This document shows, one piece after another, positions 46,518 to 57,900 of a DNA stretch of 64,000 bases; the stretch's first letter is position 1; every line of letters starts with the position of its first letter. The notes below the pieces were generated by a model that searched no databases, had not been told where the DNA came from, and saw only the letters and a list, made by a program, of their open reading frames with translations. Position numbers and translations under genes: made by a program. This stretch comes from Cyanophora paradoxa CCMP329 (lineage: Eukaryota; Plantae; Glaucophyta), in contig QPMI01000533.1 in assembly GCA_004431415.1 (NCBI GenBank), positions 248,001-312,000 of the forward strand, written 5' to 3'.

Positions 46518-46945
46518 CACAGCTCTACCTTGCCCAAGTTGATGGTATCTAGCAGGGCCTGCTCCTCCAAGTCTGCACCGCCGCCGCCGCCCAGCGCTAG
46601 CGCTAGCTCGATACCGCCTCCGGCCTTGATCTCCCTTGGCTCCAGCCACCTGAGGGGCTCAGGCCACCTCCTCCTGGTGAAGCCGGTATCGTTGCTCTTG
46701 TCCAGCTTGAGGTAGCGGTAGGGCGCCGGCGCCGGCCAGTCCGGCCTGTGGCCGCTTGCCTCCTTGGCTATGTCCTTGGGCCTACGCGGTCGCAGGTCCG
46801 CCTTGGCCTTCGCCCTCTGCAGGGGGCCCAGCGCCTTGAACTTCGGTGCCTTGGTCGCCGGCAGGGCCTTGGGCTGGGGCTTCTGGGGCTTCTGCGTCTT
46901 CACCGCCTTGGGCTTCGGCATCCTTGGCTGCTTCGATTTCGGCAT
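46517..46945 (-). CDS. Viral Lys/Pro-rich basic protein (putative DNA-binding/core)
   Basis: 142 aa, highly basic N-terminal half; TTTTCTCA upstream. Confidence 0.6.
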   Translation of the reverse strand: MPKSKQPRMPKPKAVKTQKPQKPQPKALPATKAPKFKALGPLQRAKAKADLRPRRPKDIAKEASGHRPDWPAPAPYRYLKLDKSNDTGFTRRRWPEPLRWLEPREIKAGGGIELALALGGGGGADLEEQALLDTINLGKVEL

Positions 46946-47183
46946 ACTTCTTGCTCATAAATGAGAAAAGCGCCTCAAAGTCTGCCTTTATCTGCTCCTT
47001 GGTCCAGGATGTCATCTGATCCGGGTCACCTGAGAACGGCGCATCGAACGCCACGTGGAGCGATTTGCAGGCCTGGGCAATCATTGGCTCGGGCCATGCC
47101 AGCTCGATCAGCTGAAGGTAGATGTTGAGGGCCTTGTCGAGCTTGGCGCCCTGGGAGACCAGCTGGGAGATGGCGGGCTCCAT
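46782..47183 (-). CDS. Viral hypothetical protein overlapping the basic-protein gene
   Basis: Start MEPAIS at 47183 with TTTTCTGA upstream; helical N-terminus. Confidence 0.55.
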   Translation of the reverse strand: MEPAISQLVSQGAKLDKALNIYLQLIELAWPEPMIAQACKSLHVAFDAPFSGDPDQMTSWTKEQIKADFEALFSFMSKKYAEIEAAKDAEAQGGEDAEAPEAPAQGPAGDQGTEVQGAGPPAEGEGQGGPATA

Positions 47184-47444
47184 GGTGGGTAGACTAGCAT
47201 CAGAAAATGGCGCCAAGTTTGAATCTATTTTTTTACTACTTGGCGAGGGGCTGGGCCCGGGACTCGGGCCCAAACTCCGTGACGTAAATGACGCTGACGT
47301 AAATGACGCCGAATTTTCAAGTTGCCCTCACATGAACCTCAGCTGAGCGCTCACCTGACCCTCACCTGAACGGCCTCTATAAGCACGCGGCACGCGGCGT
47401 TCCCCTCACACTCTCAATCTCTCTCAACGCAACCAGCAAGCACC

Positions 47445-47918
47445 ATGGCCCTTGTTGCCCAGTTCTTCGTCGAGGAATACACCGTGCGCGTGATCGGCGA
47501 GCCCATTGACCGCGAGGTGGAAGTTCTCAAGGACGGCAAAGTAGACGACTGCAAAGACTGCCCCGGTAAGATCCTCCTCATGAAGCTCTCCGACGATGGC
47601 TTCTCCTTCACCCTGGTCTCCTGCGCCAAGACCCAAACCGGGCAGACGGCCTACATCGTGACCTTCTCCGCGGGGCGCCTGAACTGCACGCATGTTCAAG
47701 TACCCGAGTGGGCCTCGTTCTGCGCGGCGATCTCTCCCTCAGGCCGCTCCCTCGCCTACACATTCTTTGAGGGGTATCAGTGCAACATCTGGGTCTTGCG
47801 GAGGCAGATGGGCTCCCTCCAGATGAAGGTCGATCAGCTGCACCAGCAGTGCGGCTACCCCTTTAGCCTTGACGATAGGATGATTTCCTTTGATCTTGAT
47901 GGCTCTGTATCCCTCTGA
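47445..47918 (+). CDS. Viral hypothetical beta-rich protein
   Basis: 157 aa ORF, CACCATGG start context, TATA-like CTATAA at ~47377. Confidence 0.7.
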   Translation: MALVAQFFVEEYTVRVIGEPIDREVEVLKDGKVDDCKDCPGKILLMKLSDDGFSFTLVSCAKTQTGQTAYIVTFSAGRLNCTHVQVPEWASFCAAISPSGRSLAYTFFEGYQCNIWVLRRQMGSLQMKVDQLHQQCGYPFSLDDRMISFDLDGSVSL

Positions 47919-48026
47919 AATTGAACGCGTGTTTTCTGACTTCGTCTGAAGCTCACCTGAAGTGGGGCCTTAAGAGGGGGCGCGGGCCTCGCTTCCCTTG
48001 CACTTTGTAGCCGAGAGAAACCAAGG

Positions 48027-48317
48027 ATGTGCGCCCCCCAGTACTTCACCTGCTGCCTGACCTTCGGCATCTTCGAGTACGAGGCCATGGAAGAGAATCT
48101 GGACGAGAACGGCGAGATCTGCTTCAACTACTGCAGGCTGCTTCGCAACATCTCGCTGGAGTGCCGCAAGGGCGACTGCTTCCAGCACATCATGCTCAAT
48201 CCCGCCAAGAACGAGATCACCCTGTACGCCGTCGCCAGCCCCAGCGCCAGATTTAGACTCTCGAATATTCGCGTAGCCGTGATCGAGGCCCTTCCCCTCC
48301 CCAGTGAGACGAATTGA
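48027..48317 (+). CDS. Viral Cys-rich hypothetical protein
   Basis: 96 aa ORF with strong GC3 bias. Confidence 0.65.
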   Translation: MCAPQYFTCCLTFGIFEYEAMEENLDENGEICFNYCRLLRNISLECRKGDCFQHIMLNPAKNEITLYAVASPSARFRLSNIRVAVIEALPLPSETN

Positions 48318-48421
48318 ACACGTGTTTCACCTGAATCACCCGAGCGCTCAGCTGAGGTCAGGTGGGGCGCCCTTTAAATATTTTCTAGCGCTAGGCTGAT
48401 CGCACGCTAAGCTCAGACAAC

Positions 48422-49204
48422 ATGGCCACCGTCCGCAACGCCAACGAGATCGACCCCGCCAAGCTCGCCTTCGAGATCGACGCCACCGGCCGCATCAAGG
48501 CCAAGTACGACGGCCTGCAGGGCCTCATGATGTACGCGCCGCCCATGGTCACCATCAACCCCTGCATCAACACCGAGCAAGGCAAGGCTTGGAGCGACGA
48601 GAAGAAGGCCTTCGTCATGGAAGAAAACGGCGGATTCTACACGCTGGACCTCACCGATCTCAGCGCCGTCGACGGCCAGACGAACCCCGCCGCGGACGAG
48701 TTCCTCAAGCTGCTGGAGGCCCTGGACGCGAAATTCTGCGAGTTCGTGCAGCAGAACCAGGCCAAGCTCAAGGTCTCGCCCGGCCGCGCCCTCTCCAAGG
48801 ATCAGATCTCGGTGCTGCAGACCCCCAGCGTGCGCATCAAGGTCGACAAGGAGTCGGGCCAGGCCTTCTACAAGTACCTCAACATGCGCATCCGCACCCA
48901 GACGATGGCGGGCAAGCGCAAGACCATCCCCGTCGTCGACATGTCCAACTACCTCATCACCGAGCGCGCCACCATCGGCACCGGCGACCTGGTGGCCGCC
49001 CTCGTCAAAATCGACACCGCCTACGCCATCCCCGAGGGCAAGTTCGGCCTCAAGTGGTCCTTCCTCGCCGTGCAGCAGTGCAAGGTCGGCGCCTTTCGCT
49101 TCGCAGGCCGCACGCCCGAGCTGGCCTTCAGGCCCTACGACAACGAGGCCAGCTTCGAGCCCTACCTAAACCCCGAGTCTATGTACACCACCCCCATGCA
49201 GTAG
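48422..49204 (+). CDS. NCLDV-type (T7 gp2.5-like OB fold, DUF2738-like) ssDNA-binding protein
   Basis: 260 aa; N-terminal EIDPAKLAF, FLKLLEALDAKF helix, GDLVAALVKID...GKFGLKWS strands typical of the family. Confidence 0.65.
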   Translation: MATVRNANEIDPAKLAFEIDATGRIKAKYDGLQGLMMYAPPMVTINPCINTEQGKAWSDEKKAFVMEENGGFYTLDLTDLSAVDGQTNPAADEFLKLLEALDAKFCEFVQQNQAKLKVSPGRALSKDQISVLQTPSVRIKVDKESGQAFYKYLNMRIRTQTMAGKRKTIPVVDMSNYLITERATIGTGDLVAALVKIDTAYAIPEGKFGLKWSFLAVQQCKVGAFRFAGRTPELAFRPYDNEASFEPYLNPESMYTTPMQ

Positions 49205-49257
49205 TTTAGACGAATAAATTGTGAATTTTTGGTGCAATTGATTACACGCGTTTACAC

Positions 49258-50061
49258 TCAAAGGCCGTTGAACTTGCCGCCCACCGCCTTGGGCTCCGCC
49301 GCCGTCGAGGCCGCCGCCTCCGTCACCTCCTTCATCATCTCCGGGTTCGCGTTCGCCGCGTGCACCGCCAGCACCGTCTGCACCAGGGCCATCCCCAGGC
49401 GCGCCTCGGGCCCCAGGGTCACGTAGCGCGAGTACTTAATCACCAGCTCCTCTAAGATCGGCTGCACCTGGTCCATCGAAGAGAGCGTCGCCTGCCCGAG
49501 CCCGTCGAGCTTCAGGCCGATCGGATCGTACGCCTTGTTCAGGTGCTCCAGCGAGTGCATGCCCGCGATCAGAAAGAGGCGCGCCGCCTCCAGCGAACCC
49601 CGCGTGCTCAGCTCGCGCTGGATCTCCTCGTACTCTTCCTTCAGCTCGTCCAGCGGCGTGGCCAGGCTCAGCTTCTTCGTGGACGTAAGCTCGCCCCCGA
49701 ACGAGCGCCGGTACTGCGCGATCTGCCGCAGGACCTGCTTCTTCTCGTCCACGTCCACCTGCGCCTCGTCCCGCGGCCGCTCCTGCAGGTCGATTCCCAG
49801 CGCCTTTTTCACGCTCTGCTCCTTTTTCTTCGTCATTTCGATGTGCTCCTGCACGCTGAAGCTCGCGCCCTTGCTCGGCGCCGTCGGCGGCACCGCGGGC
49901 CCGTCGCCCGGCAGCGCCATCCTGTCGGCCTTCGGCGCCTTATCCCCCTTTTCCTTGCCCTCCTTCGCGGGGCGGCCCTTCTTGCGGGGCTGCGGGATTC
50001 CCACGGGGTTCGGCCCGTCCACGGCCAGCGCCTCGAAGCCAAGCATCGCCGAGGGGTCCAT
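49258..50061 (-). CDS. Conserved NCLDV protein, DUF5767-like
   Basis: LDELKEEYEEI...LEHLNKAYDPIGLKLDGL...ILEELVIKY...PEARLGMALV...H..N matches the family pattern. Confidence 0.75.
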   Translation of the reverse strand: MDPSAMLGFEALAVDGPNPVGIPQPRKKGRPAKEGKEKGDKAPKADRMALPGDGPAVPPTAPSKGASFSVQEHIEMTKKKEQSVKKALGIDLQERPRDEAQVDVDEKKQVLRQIAQYRRSFGGELTSTKKLSLATPLDELKEEYEEIQRELSTRGSLEAARLFLIAGMHSLEHLNKAYDPIGLKLDGLGQATLSSMDQVQPILEELVIKYSRYVTLGPEARLGMALVQTVLAVHAANANPEMMKEVTEAAASTAAEPKAVGGKFNGL

Positions 50062-50090
50062 CCTTTACGCCTGCCCCTTAGAAATATTTT

Positions 50091-50420
50091 TCACTCCGAG
50101 GTCAGCTCGACGAAGAGCTCGATGTAAAGCCAGAGCTTTTCGCGCAGCTCGGGCCCGCTGCCGTAGAATAGCGAGCGCACGGCCGAGGCGTACTCCTGCG
50201 GCAGCCTCTCGAAAACCGAGTCGTCCTTCGCCTTGATCAATTCCGCCTCCGCGTTGATGTGCCTCCTGAACAGAACGATGACCGCCGTGGCCCCGATGCC
50301 GCGCAGCGACTGGATCTGCGCCCGCACCCCGGGCTCCTTGGCCTCCGGCTCCAGCAGGTCGAGGAAGCGGCCCCAGCGCGCCTCGATCTGCTCGCCCAGC
50401 GTCGCCTCCGTCGCTGCCAT
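50091..50420 (-). CDS. Small helical NCLDV-like hypothetical protein
   Basis: 109 aa ending REKLWLYIELFVEL. Confidence 0.7.
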   Translation of the reverse strand: MAATEATLGEQIEARWGRFLDLLEPEAKEPGVRAQIQSLRGIGATAVIVLFRRHINAEAELIKAKDDSVFERLPQEYASAVRSLFYGSGPELREKLWLYIELFVELTSE

Positions 50421-50442
50421 GTGCTCGCGTGGGCCTCAGAAA

Positions 50443-51453
50443 TTACTGACCGGGTCGGAGGGCCCGGGCTGCTAGGTCGTACATCTCCGCCTTCCGGGCG
50501 TTCGTTGCCGCGAGCATGGTAATCTGCCTGTTCTCCGTGTTCCGGACGAGGGCCTGGAAGGCTGTCTGAATTGCAGTCTGCGATGCTTCGGACATACCGG
50601 CCACCGTCCCCTTTGCACGGAGCTCTTCCATGCGCCCTTTCTCGAACGGCGTGGCAAGCTGGTTGCTCTGCAGCGCAGGGAGCGGGTTGACGACGCGGGG
50701 CAGCAGGTTCTGGTCCGCGTAAGGCGTGGCCGTGGGCAGGGCCGGGCCGCGCGTCCCCGGCTGATCGAGGAGCATGGCCCCGAACGGATTGCCCCGGCTG
50801 AAGTCCACGTCGTTGCGCCCGTAGGGCTTGTTGACGGCGCTGCTGATGTTGGCCGTCTGCGCGTTGAACATGGGCGAGAGGTCGGGGGTGTAGCCCGCGC
50901 GCAGCCCCTGGGGGTTCGCCGCCGTCTGCCCGTAGCGGCCGGCCGGCCCGAGCAGGTTCTCCTTCTCGATCTCTTCCATCGTCTTGATCCAGCCGCGCTC
51001 GCGCGCCCACTTCATGACGAGATCATCGTAGTTCATCGGGAAGAAAACCTTCTGGTACTTGTCGAAGCGCTGAATTTCGATATCCTGCTCGATCATGTTC
51101 GTAATTCGCTCCAGCAGCTCGGGGTAATATTCCTCGAGCATTTTGGCGACGCCCGGCTGCTTCAGGTCGAAGGCCGTCATCGCCCACTGGTCGAAATCGC
51201 GAATCATGATTTCCTTCCGCAGGCTGAACGCGTTCTCCACATCCTCCTCGTTGATCGTGCGGCCGGGGTTCGCGTTCTGCAGCTGCTGTCGGATGCCCAT
51301 GCGCATCAGCTTCTCCATCGAGGGCGTGTACTTCATCGCGGGCAGGGTCTTCGTTTCCCCCCCGCTGAGCCCCAGGCCCCGCGCCTTATCCTCGGGCGTG
51401 TAGATGTCCGCCTTCGTCCCATCTACGACGGGCACCTCGGGCATAATCGTGCC
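50443..51453 (-). pseudogene. 3' part of viral gene disrupted by the composite retroelement
   Basis: Joins in frame to 63687-63804 when element and one TSD are removed: ...VNKFLPGTIMPEVP... Confidence 0.85.
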
Positions 51454-51816
51454 TGTGCCGCCCACTTTCCGACTCCCAGCTAGCCCTGGTCGTCGGCTCG
51501 AAGCCGGCAGCTTGCCTTGCTTTGTACCCTTTGTAGCCTGCTATTCCTGGTGCCACGTTGTTGCCAACTGGCCCGCTTATTTTAGCCCTGGGCCCTCGCT
51601 TGCCCTGCGCGGCGCTCGCTTGCTGTCTTGTCCCTGTTCTCTGTACTTACTGTCTTACGCTGTACCTGTTACTTGCTGTCTTACGCCGGCTCTGCGCCTG
51701 CTGTCTACGTAATGGCACCCGCTTGCCGTCGCCCTACGGTGCTGTACGGGCCTGTCCCTCTCTGCTTGGGGCGCCTCTGGGCCTAGCCAACTGCTTAGCG
51801 CATCCCGCCCAGCGCA
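51454..51816 (+). repeat. 5' LTR of non-autonomous element (363 bp)
   Basis: Begins TGTGCC, ends GCGCA immediately before PBS. Confidence 0.8.
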
Positions 51817-53963
51817 TGGGGGCTGCTGCGTTGGGCTTCGACTTTTTAGCTCGTATGCCTGGGGACGAACGCTGCGCTCTTGCCCGAACCCCCGGACAAG
51901 CACGCCATCGTTTGCCTCGGCTTGCGCGTACGGCCTCCACTCTCTTGTAGTGGGAAGCGCCTATGCGGCAGAGCTTAGCAATACGAACCGCATGGTTCAT
52001 GCCTTTCTACCCGCCACTGCGCGCGCCTTTTCTTGCTTACGGCCCCGGCGCACCACTCTTTCGGTAGTGGGAAGCGTCCGCCAACCCGTCTATTGAGCCG
52101 CATGCGCTCACAGTCATCTAAACGTGCCGTGGCTGCGCTCAAGAACAGATGCTGATGCAGCCCGCGCGCATGTCGAATGAAACTGTATTGTATTGTATCG
52201 AGAGACGACACCACAGCGTACTACTAAATGTATTGCAATGGTGGCGAGTGTATCTGAAGAACGCATGGAGTCAAACCGCTGCGACGTGAAAGCCCCTGGG
52301 ATAACATGGCCCCAGTACGCGCCCGAGGTCTTACCTACGACGGCTGCTGTGGCGCCTGCGGACCTCCCGAGGCACGCTCAGCGGCGGCGAGTGGCATCCC
52401 TCGTGAGGATCACTCCACTTGACTCCACCCTGCATCCAGAGGACCCGGCGCAGCTCCACTTGACAGCGATCTCTATGCGAGGAAGCGCATCTATCTGTTG
52501 TCAAGTCTACTGTGCGCGCTGTCGCACCTAGACGGTAGACAAGATGCCAAGACCTTGCCCTGGCTCCGACGACGTAGCTGCCCTTCTCCGGGACGTCCAG
52601 CTCGTCAAGCCAGATGTCAGTCGCTTCACGCACATCTCAAGCGTGTGCGAACTGTCGTTTTCTTCCTGTCGTGGGCGTTTGATCAGCGACCGAGGCCTGT
52701 TCAGCGGGCGGAGGTCTGACCGAGGCCTGTCCGGCGGGCGGAGGTCAACAGAAGCGTAAAGGATGCGCTCTGGAACGTCCTACGACGACGTGAGCAGCCA
52801 TAGCTAAAGTTGGACGGCGGACAGCGGACCTGTCTGTTGAGGAGCGTCAGCAAGCAGCACTGGGTGATGCCCCGCGACCAGTCTTCACGTTCGCGCGTCG
52901 ACTGCGTCGGCCCGTCGGGTGATTCCCGTGCATCGGTTGAACCTGGCAGCTGGGTGATGCCAGCTGGACGCCAGCGCTGTTTCGGTCTGCTTAGCTGTGG
53001 GTGATTCCACGCTGACCAAGCCAGCACGCACCGGCGCTCTAGTCCGGGTGCTTCCGACCAAGCCTCCGCTTGCGACTCTCCGCTGCTGAGAGGTCCATAC
53101 GTCTTGCCTACGACTATCACGCGAGCACCGATGATCATTCCGGGCCGCGCTGATGCTGTCTCCTGTCCCGCGATGGTGGCCTGCCTAAGCCCCGGCTACG
53201 CGCTGCATCTGCGTACGCTGGCGGACTCGATGGCTGTATCCCATCCCGTCCGATCGTGGAGGATCCTTGGCGATGGGTCTGTATGATGCGACCAGTGGCC
53301 TGCTGCTGCTGCGGAGCCTGACCCCGTACGACTGGCTCGCCGCCTCTACTCTTCATGGCTTGCCTGCTCTACGCGTACGCGGCTGCACACTCTACTGTGC
53401 TGACCGATCGCCCCGCCTTGTGACTCCGCCGGCCGAGTCACTTGGCAACGCAATGCGGCAAGCTGCGCCGAGCTTGGCCCGCAACGCGTACTCTACCGCT
53501 GCGGCTCTGCTGATCGAGCCTGCGGTCCTACACTACTACACTCTACGTCAAGTACCTTCTACACTGTGGAACTTTCGACCCGGCGCCGCCGCGGCCCGGC
53601 GGCTCGTGTGGCGCGGCGCCGGCTTCGAATTCGAGCTTAGTGCTAGCGCTAGCACTCGTTTTCCCTTCCGGCGGGATTTAGAGGGTTTGCCCCCGGTTGG
53701 CTGGCGGCGCTCCGCGCGCTCTGGCGTCAGGTCGTGGGTCCCTCACCCAACTTCCCTTGTTGGGCCCAGTTCCTCATACTGGTGCCGACGGCCTGATGGA
53801 TTTTAATTTGCCCCTCTGGCCCGCCCGCTGTGGCGCCGAGGACGGCTTTCTGTGCAGGGACGGTAGCCGGCTTTTGGCTCGTAGTCCGTTCAGCCTCGCC
53901 TACGCAGCTTTAGTTCAGCCTTTAGCTCGTAGCGCCGAGGACGGCTTTTTGTAGCGGGAAGCG

Positions 53964-54152
53964 TGTGCCGCCCACTTTCCGACTCCCAGCTAGCCCTGGT
54001 CGTCGGCTCGAAGCCGGCAGCTTGCCTTGCTTTGTACCCTTTGTAGCCTGCTATTCCTGGTGCCACGTTGTTGCCAACTGGCCCGCTTATTTTAGCCCTG
54101 GGCCCTCGCTTGCCCTGCGCGGCGCTCGCTTGCTGTCTTGTCCCTGTTCTCT
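53964..54152 (+). repeat. Truncated 3' LTR of non-autonomous element (189 bp)
   Basis: Identical by eye to 51454-51642. Confidence 0.9.
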
Positions 54153-54153
54153 T

Positions 54154-54482
54154 TGCGCGGCTAAGGGAAGCACGCCCAGTGCAGACCTGAGCAGGCAGGT
54201 TGATGGCAAGAGGCTGAGCAGCACCAGTGCGACGGAGCAGCAGAGTCTCGGTAGGATTGAGTACAAAGGGAACAGATATAGCGCTAGACATAGCTACAGC
54301 GAGGCTAGTCATAGTGCTAGGGCTATTCTGAGCGTGCTAAGATGGTCGCTGGACCAGATGGCAACGCGTACAAGGGTACAGGCCCAGAGGACAGGGCTAA
54401 ATAAGGGAGCAGAGGCCAAGGGCCTAGCTAAGAGCTAGAGGACTAGCCGACGAGCCGAGCGAGTCGGGAAGTGGATGGCACA
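54154..54482 (-). repeat. 3' LTR (329 bp)
   Basis: TG...CA on minus strand; identical by eye to 63358-63686. Confidence 0.95.
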
Positions 54483-54989
54483 TTCGTCCTAGCACAGCGC
54501 GCCGTCCTCGGCGCAAACAAGGCCGGGCGCAAAGAAGGAGGCGCAGAGGCCTACAAAGAAAAATTTCGGGCAAAGCCCGGGCTACCGTCCCTGTTCAGAA
54601 AGCCGTCCTCGGCGCTACTGAGAGCGAGCCGGGCTAAGAAGCTAGCCGGGCTAAAGAGTGAGCGAGCCGGGCTAAGAAGCGAGCCGGGCTAAAGCGTGAG
54701 CCGTAGTACAAAAATTTGGGCTGCAAAGCCCGGGCTACCGTCCCCGTTCGGAAAGCCGTCCTCGGCGCTACAGAGAGGGAGCCGGGAAGCAAGAGAACGA
54801 GTGACATAGCCGAAAAGAAAGCCATCAGGTCGCGGAGTACCAGTATGAGGAACTGGACCCAACAGGAAGCTGGGCGAGGGCCCCGCGACCTAACTCCAGC
54901 AAGGCGCGCGAAGCACCGCCAGACAACCGGGGGCAAACCCTCCAAATCCACCCGGAAGGGCAAGAGACTCTGCTAATGAAAAGATCGAG

Positions 54990-57900
54990 CTACGGCCGGC
55001 GCAAGGCCTCCGTAGGGAACAGTCGCAGCCGCGCGACATGCACCTCGAAGGGACCGCCGCCAGCGCGGTGAACGACCCGCGGATCCGACGTATCCGGCTT
55101 GACCATCACGCGCGTGCGTGAGAGCACCTCCGTGATCCAGTACGGGCCGGAGAAGCCAGACGAGTTGGGTACAGGAGCCTTCGTGCGCAACGGCTCAACC
55201 AAGATCTGCACCGGATCTCCAACTTCGAAGTAGCGGCGAGCAGCGCCACCGCGAGCCACGAAGGCCCGTTCAATGCGGAGAGCTTGCTTGAGCGTAGCCT
55301 CGAACGCCCGCTGCCAGTCAGCTCGTTGCGCCTCCGAAATCGCCGAAGCCCAAATGCCGTACATCGAGGGCGACGCCGACCGCAAACGATCAGCATTCGA
55401 CGCAAGAGGAAGGTCTGTGCCTTCAGGGGCGTTCCCCGCCGGCGGCGAAGCCGGTGATGATGCCGATGCAGAAGCTGACTCCGCATCGCGTTGCAGGATG
55501 AACTTCGGAAGCCGGCGGCTGGCAGGAGTGTTCCAGGCCGGTCCTAGGTTCGATCGAAGTTGACTCCGCATGGTGGCGACGAGCGAAGCACGATGCTCGA
55601 TGATGCGATCCTCAGCGATGACGATCCGAGGTGCCCGCGAAGCCACCGCCTCGTTCTCGCGCTCCCGAAGGCATTCAAAGCACTGACAAGCACCGTTGTG
55701 CACGACAGGCGCTGGCAGGGCGACCTCCGCAGGACTTGGCGCTCCCGCGCGCGCAGCCTTGACCTTGGTGCGTTCCCGCAAATCCGCGCACACCGCGCAT
55801 CGACAATCTCCTCCAGCTGACTGCCCATGACGCCAGAGACACGAGGGGGCGCGCGGAGATCCAGCGGTGCGCTCCCACCGACCGCCGTCCTCCTTGTAGG
55901 TCCACAACTGATCCGGCGCCGCGCAGCACACAATCCGCTCTCCGAATAGCTGAACCTGCTGAATTGGAGGCATCGGAGCTGTGCCCGGCGCCGTCGTGAC
56001 TGGCGCCGAGTACTTGAGATCAAGCTCCGTGACCGCGTCGTAACCATGGTGCAGCCGGAACGGCGAGAAGCCTGTCGCCGCTGACACTGATGTGTTGTAC
56101 GCAGTGAGCGCCTCCTGGACGTGGTTCTGCCAGCGCCCGCCGCGCTGAGCCGTCAACGAGCGAATGATCGCCTCCAAGGTGTGATGCGCACGCTCCAGCT
56201 TTCCTTTTGTCTGATGGACATACGCCGGCAGAATGACGAGCCGAACGCCCTTCTTCTTGAGAAAAGAAGCCGTGTCCGCCGAGACAAAAGGTGTGCCTTG
56301 GTCCACCTCGACCTCCAGCATGAGGCCGTGAATGTTGAACAACTTCTGCAGAGACTTCTTGACGGCCTCCGAGTTGACGCGCGCGTACACGTCCGCGTAC
56401 AGCAGCCGCGAGAAGCTGTCCTCCATCGTGAGCAGCTGTGGGGCGTCCTTGCCAGCGAACTCCACCACGTCCAGCTGCCAACGCTGCATCGGCCGACTCG
56501 CAAACCGTGCCTCCGGCGGCACGTGCGTCGTTTGCAGGTGCTTCGTTGTCCTGCACACCTCGCACCCCTTGATGAAGTGCTGAACGTACTTCCGCATGTA
56601 CGGCCAGAAGAACCGCTCCTTGATTCTTGTCGTGGTGCGCTGTGATCCGAAATGTCCGCCTCCGTATCCAGCGTGCGCCTCCTTGATGATCTCCTCGCGC
56701 AGCTCCTTCGGGACGTAGACTTGCGGAATGTTGCGTGGCCGGCCCTTCCTGTCCAGCGTCTTCACCAGCATTCCACCAGCGCCAAGAGCGCAGTACTGCA
56801 GCGCCGTCTCGACCTTCTCGCGGTCCGCGCGCTTGAGTTTGTCGAGCGATGCCGGCTCGCGGATCGCGTCGATGATCCTCCGCAGGTCGGCGTCCGCGTA
56901 CTGAGCATCGCGCATCTTCGAGTCGGCCGCCTGCATCGCCGGTGCGGGTGCCACCGCCGCCACGCGGGGCGCGCGTTGCTGCTGCCGCTGATCGCGCGCC
57001 GCCGCGCAGATCCGGCAGTTGCCAATCACATCGCGGACGATGCGACGGAACCAGGTGCGGTTGACGACGTCGTCACCGAACAAGTCCTTCTTCAAGTGCG
57101 CCGCCACTCGCTTGCATGTGGCCTCGAATCCAAGGCAGCTGACCTTCGATTTCGGATGCAGACGGGCCACTGCGGCCCGAATCTCCTCCACCATCTTCGC
57201 GTGCTCCAGAGCCGGCAGCTTCCGGACACCGCGGTCGTACAGGTACGACATCCGCATTGCTGCCACGGCCGGACGTGCCGTTTTCGCTGACGGGTCCCCC
57301 GCCCGCAGCTGCTCCTTCGAGAGAATGCGCTCGATCGCACGCTTGTCGCCACCAGCCGCGAGCTTGGCGATGTGCGCCTCCTTTGCCAGCTGCTGGAGCG
57401 TCGGCGGCGAGCCCGCCTTCGTGCCAGTCTTCGCGGCCCGCTTCTCCTGCAAGGCAGCGATGATCTTGCAGGCGAGGGCCCGCTCCTCGGCCGCCGTCTG
57501 CTTGAATTCCCGCACGGCGCTGATCTGAATTTGCGCAGTTGAACCCTCCGTCTGCGTGCCAACGTCGCGTTGACCGTAGTAGAGGATCCATAGTCGTGAG
57601 AGTGCATCGGCATCGAGGTTTGTCTTGCCCTTGATGTACTCCACGTCGAACTGAAACTTGCTCAGTTTCATGACCCAGCGAGTGATCCGACCGCCCTTCG
57701 CTCCGTTCAGCTCGTAAGTCGGCTTGAGGAACGTCTTGAGCGGCTCGTGATCCGTTCGCAGAGTGAACGGCCGCAACTCGAGGTACGGGCGGTACACGTC
57801 CGTCACGGCCCAGACAACTGCCAGCGCCTCGAGTTCCGGTACGCTGTAATTTTTCTCGTCGCGGCCCGTCGATCGGCTCGCGCAAGCGACGATGTACTCG

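Larger units (their letters stand above)
51454..54152 (+). mobile_element. Non-autonomous LTR retroelement (TRIM/LARD-like) with truncated 3' LTR
   Basis: 5' LTR 51454-51816 (TG...CA), PBS TGGGGGCTGC at 51817, non-coding interior, first 189 bp of LTR repeated at 53964-54152. Confidence 0.85.

Noticed and set aside
51817-53963. Coding capacity in the non-autonomous element (e.g. ORF 53267-53806)
   Set aside because: Non-ATG start, no codon bias or recognisable motif
53964-54482. Single 519-bp LTR with terminal inverted repeats
   Set aside because: The apparent TIR is the related 5' ends of two different LTRs; no second full copy exists
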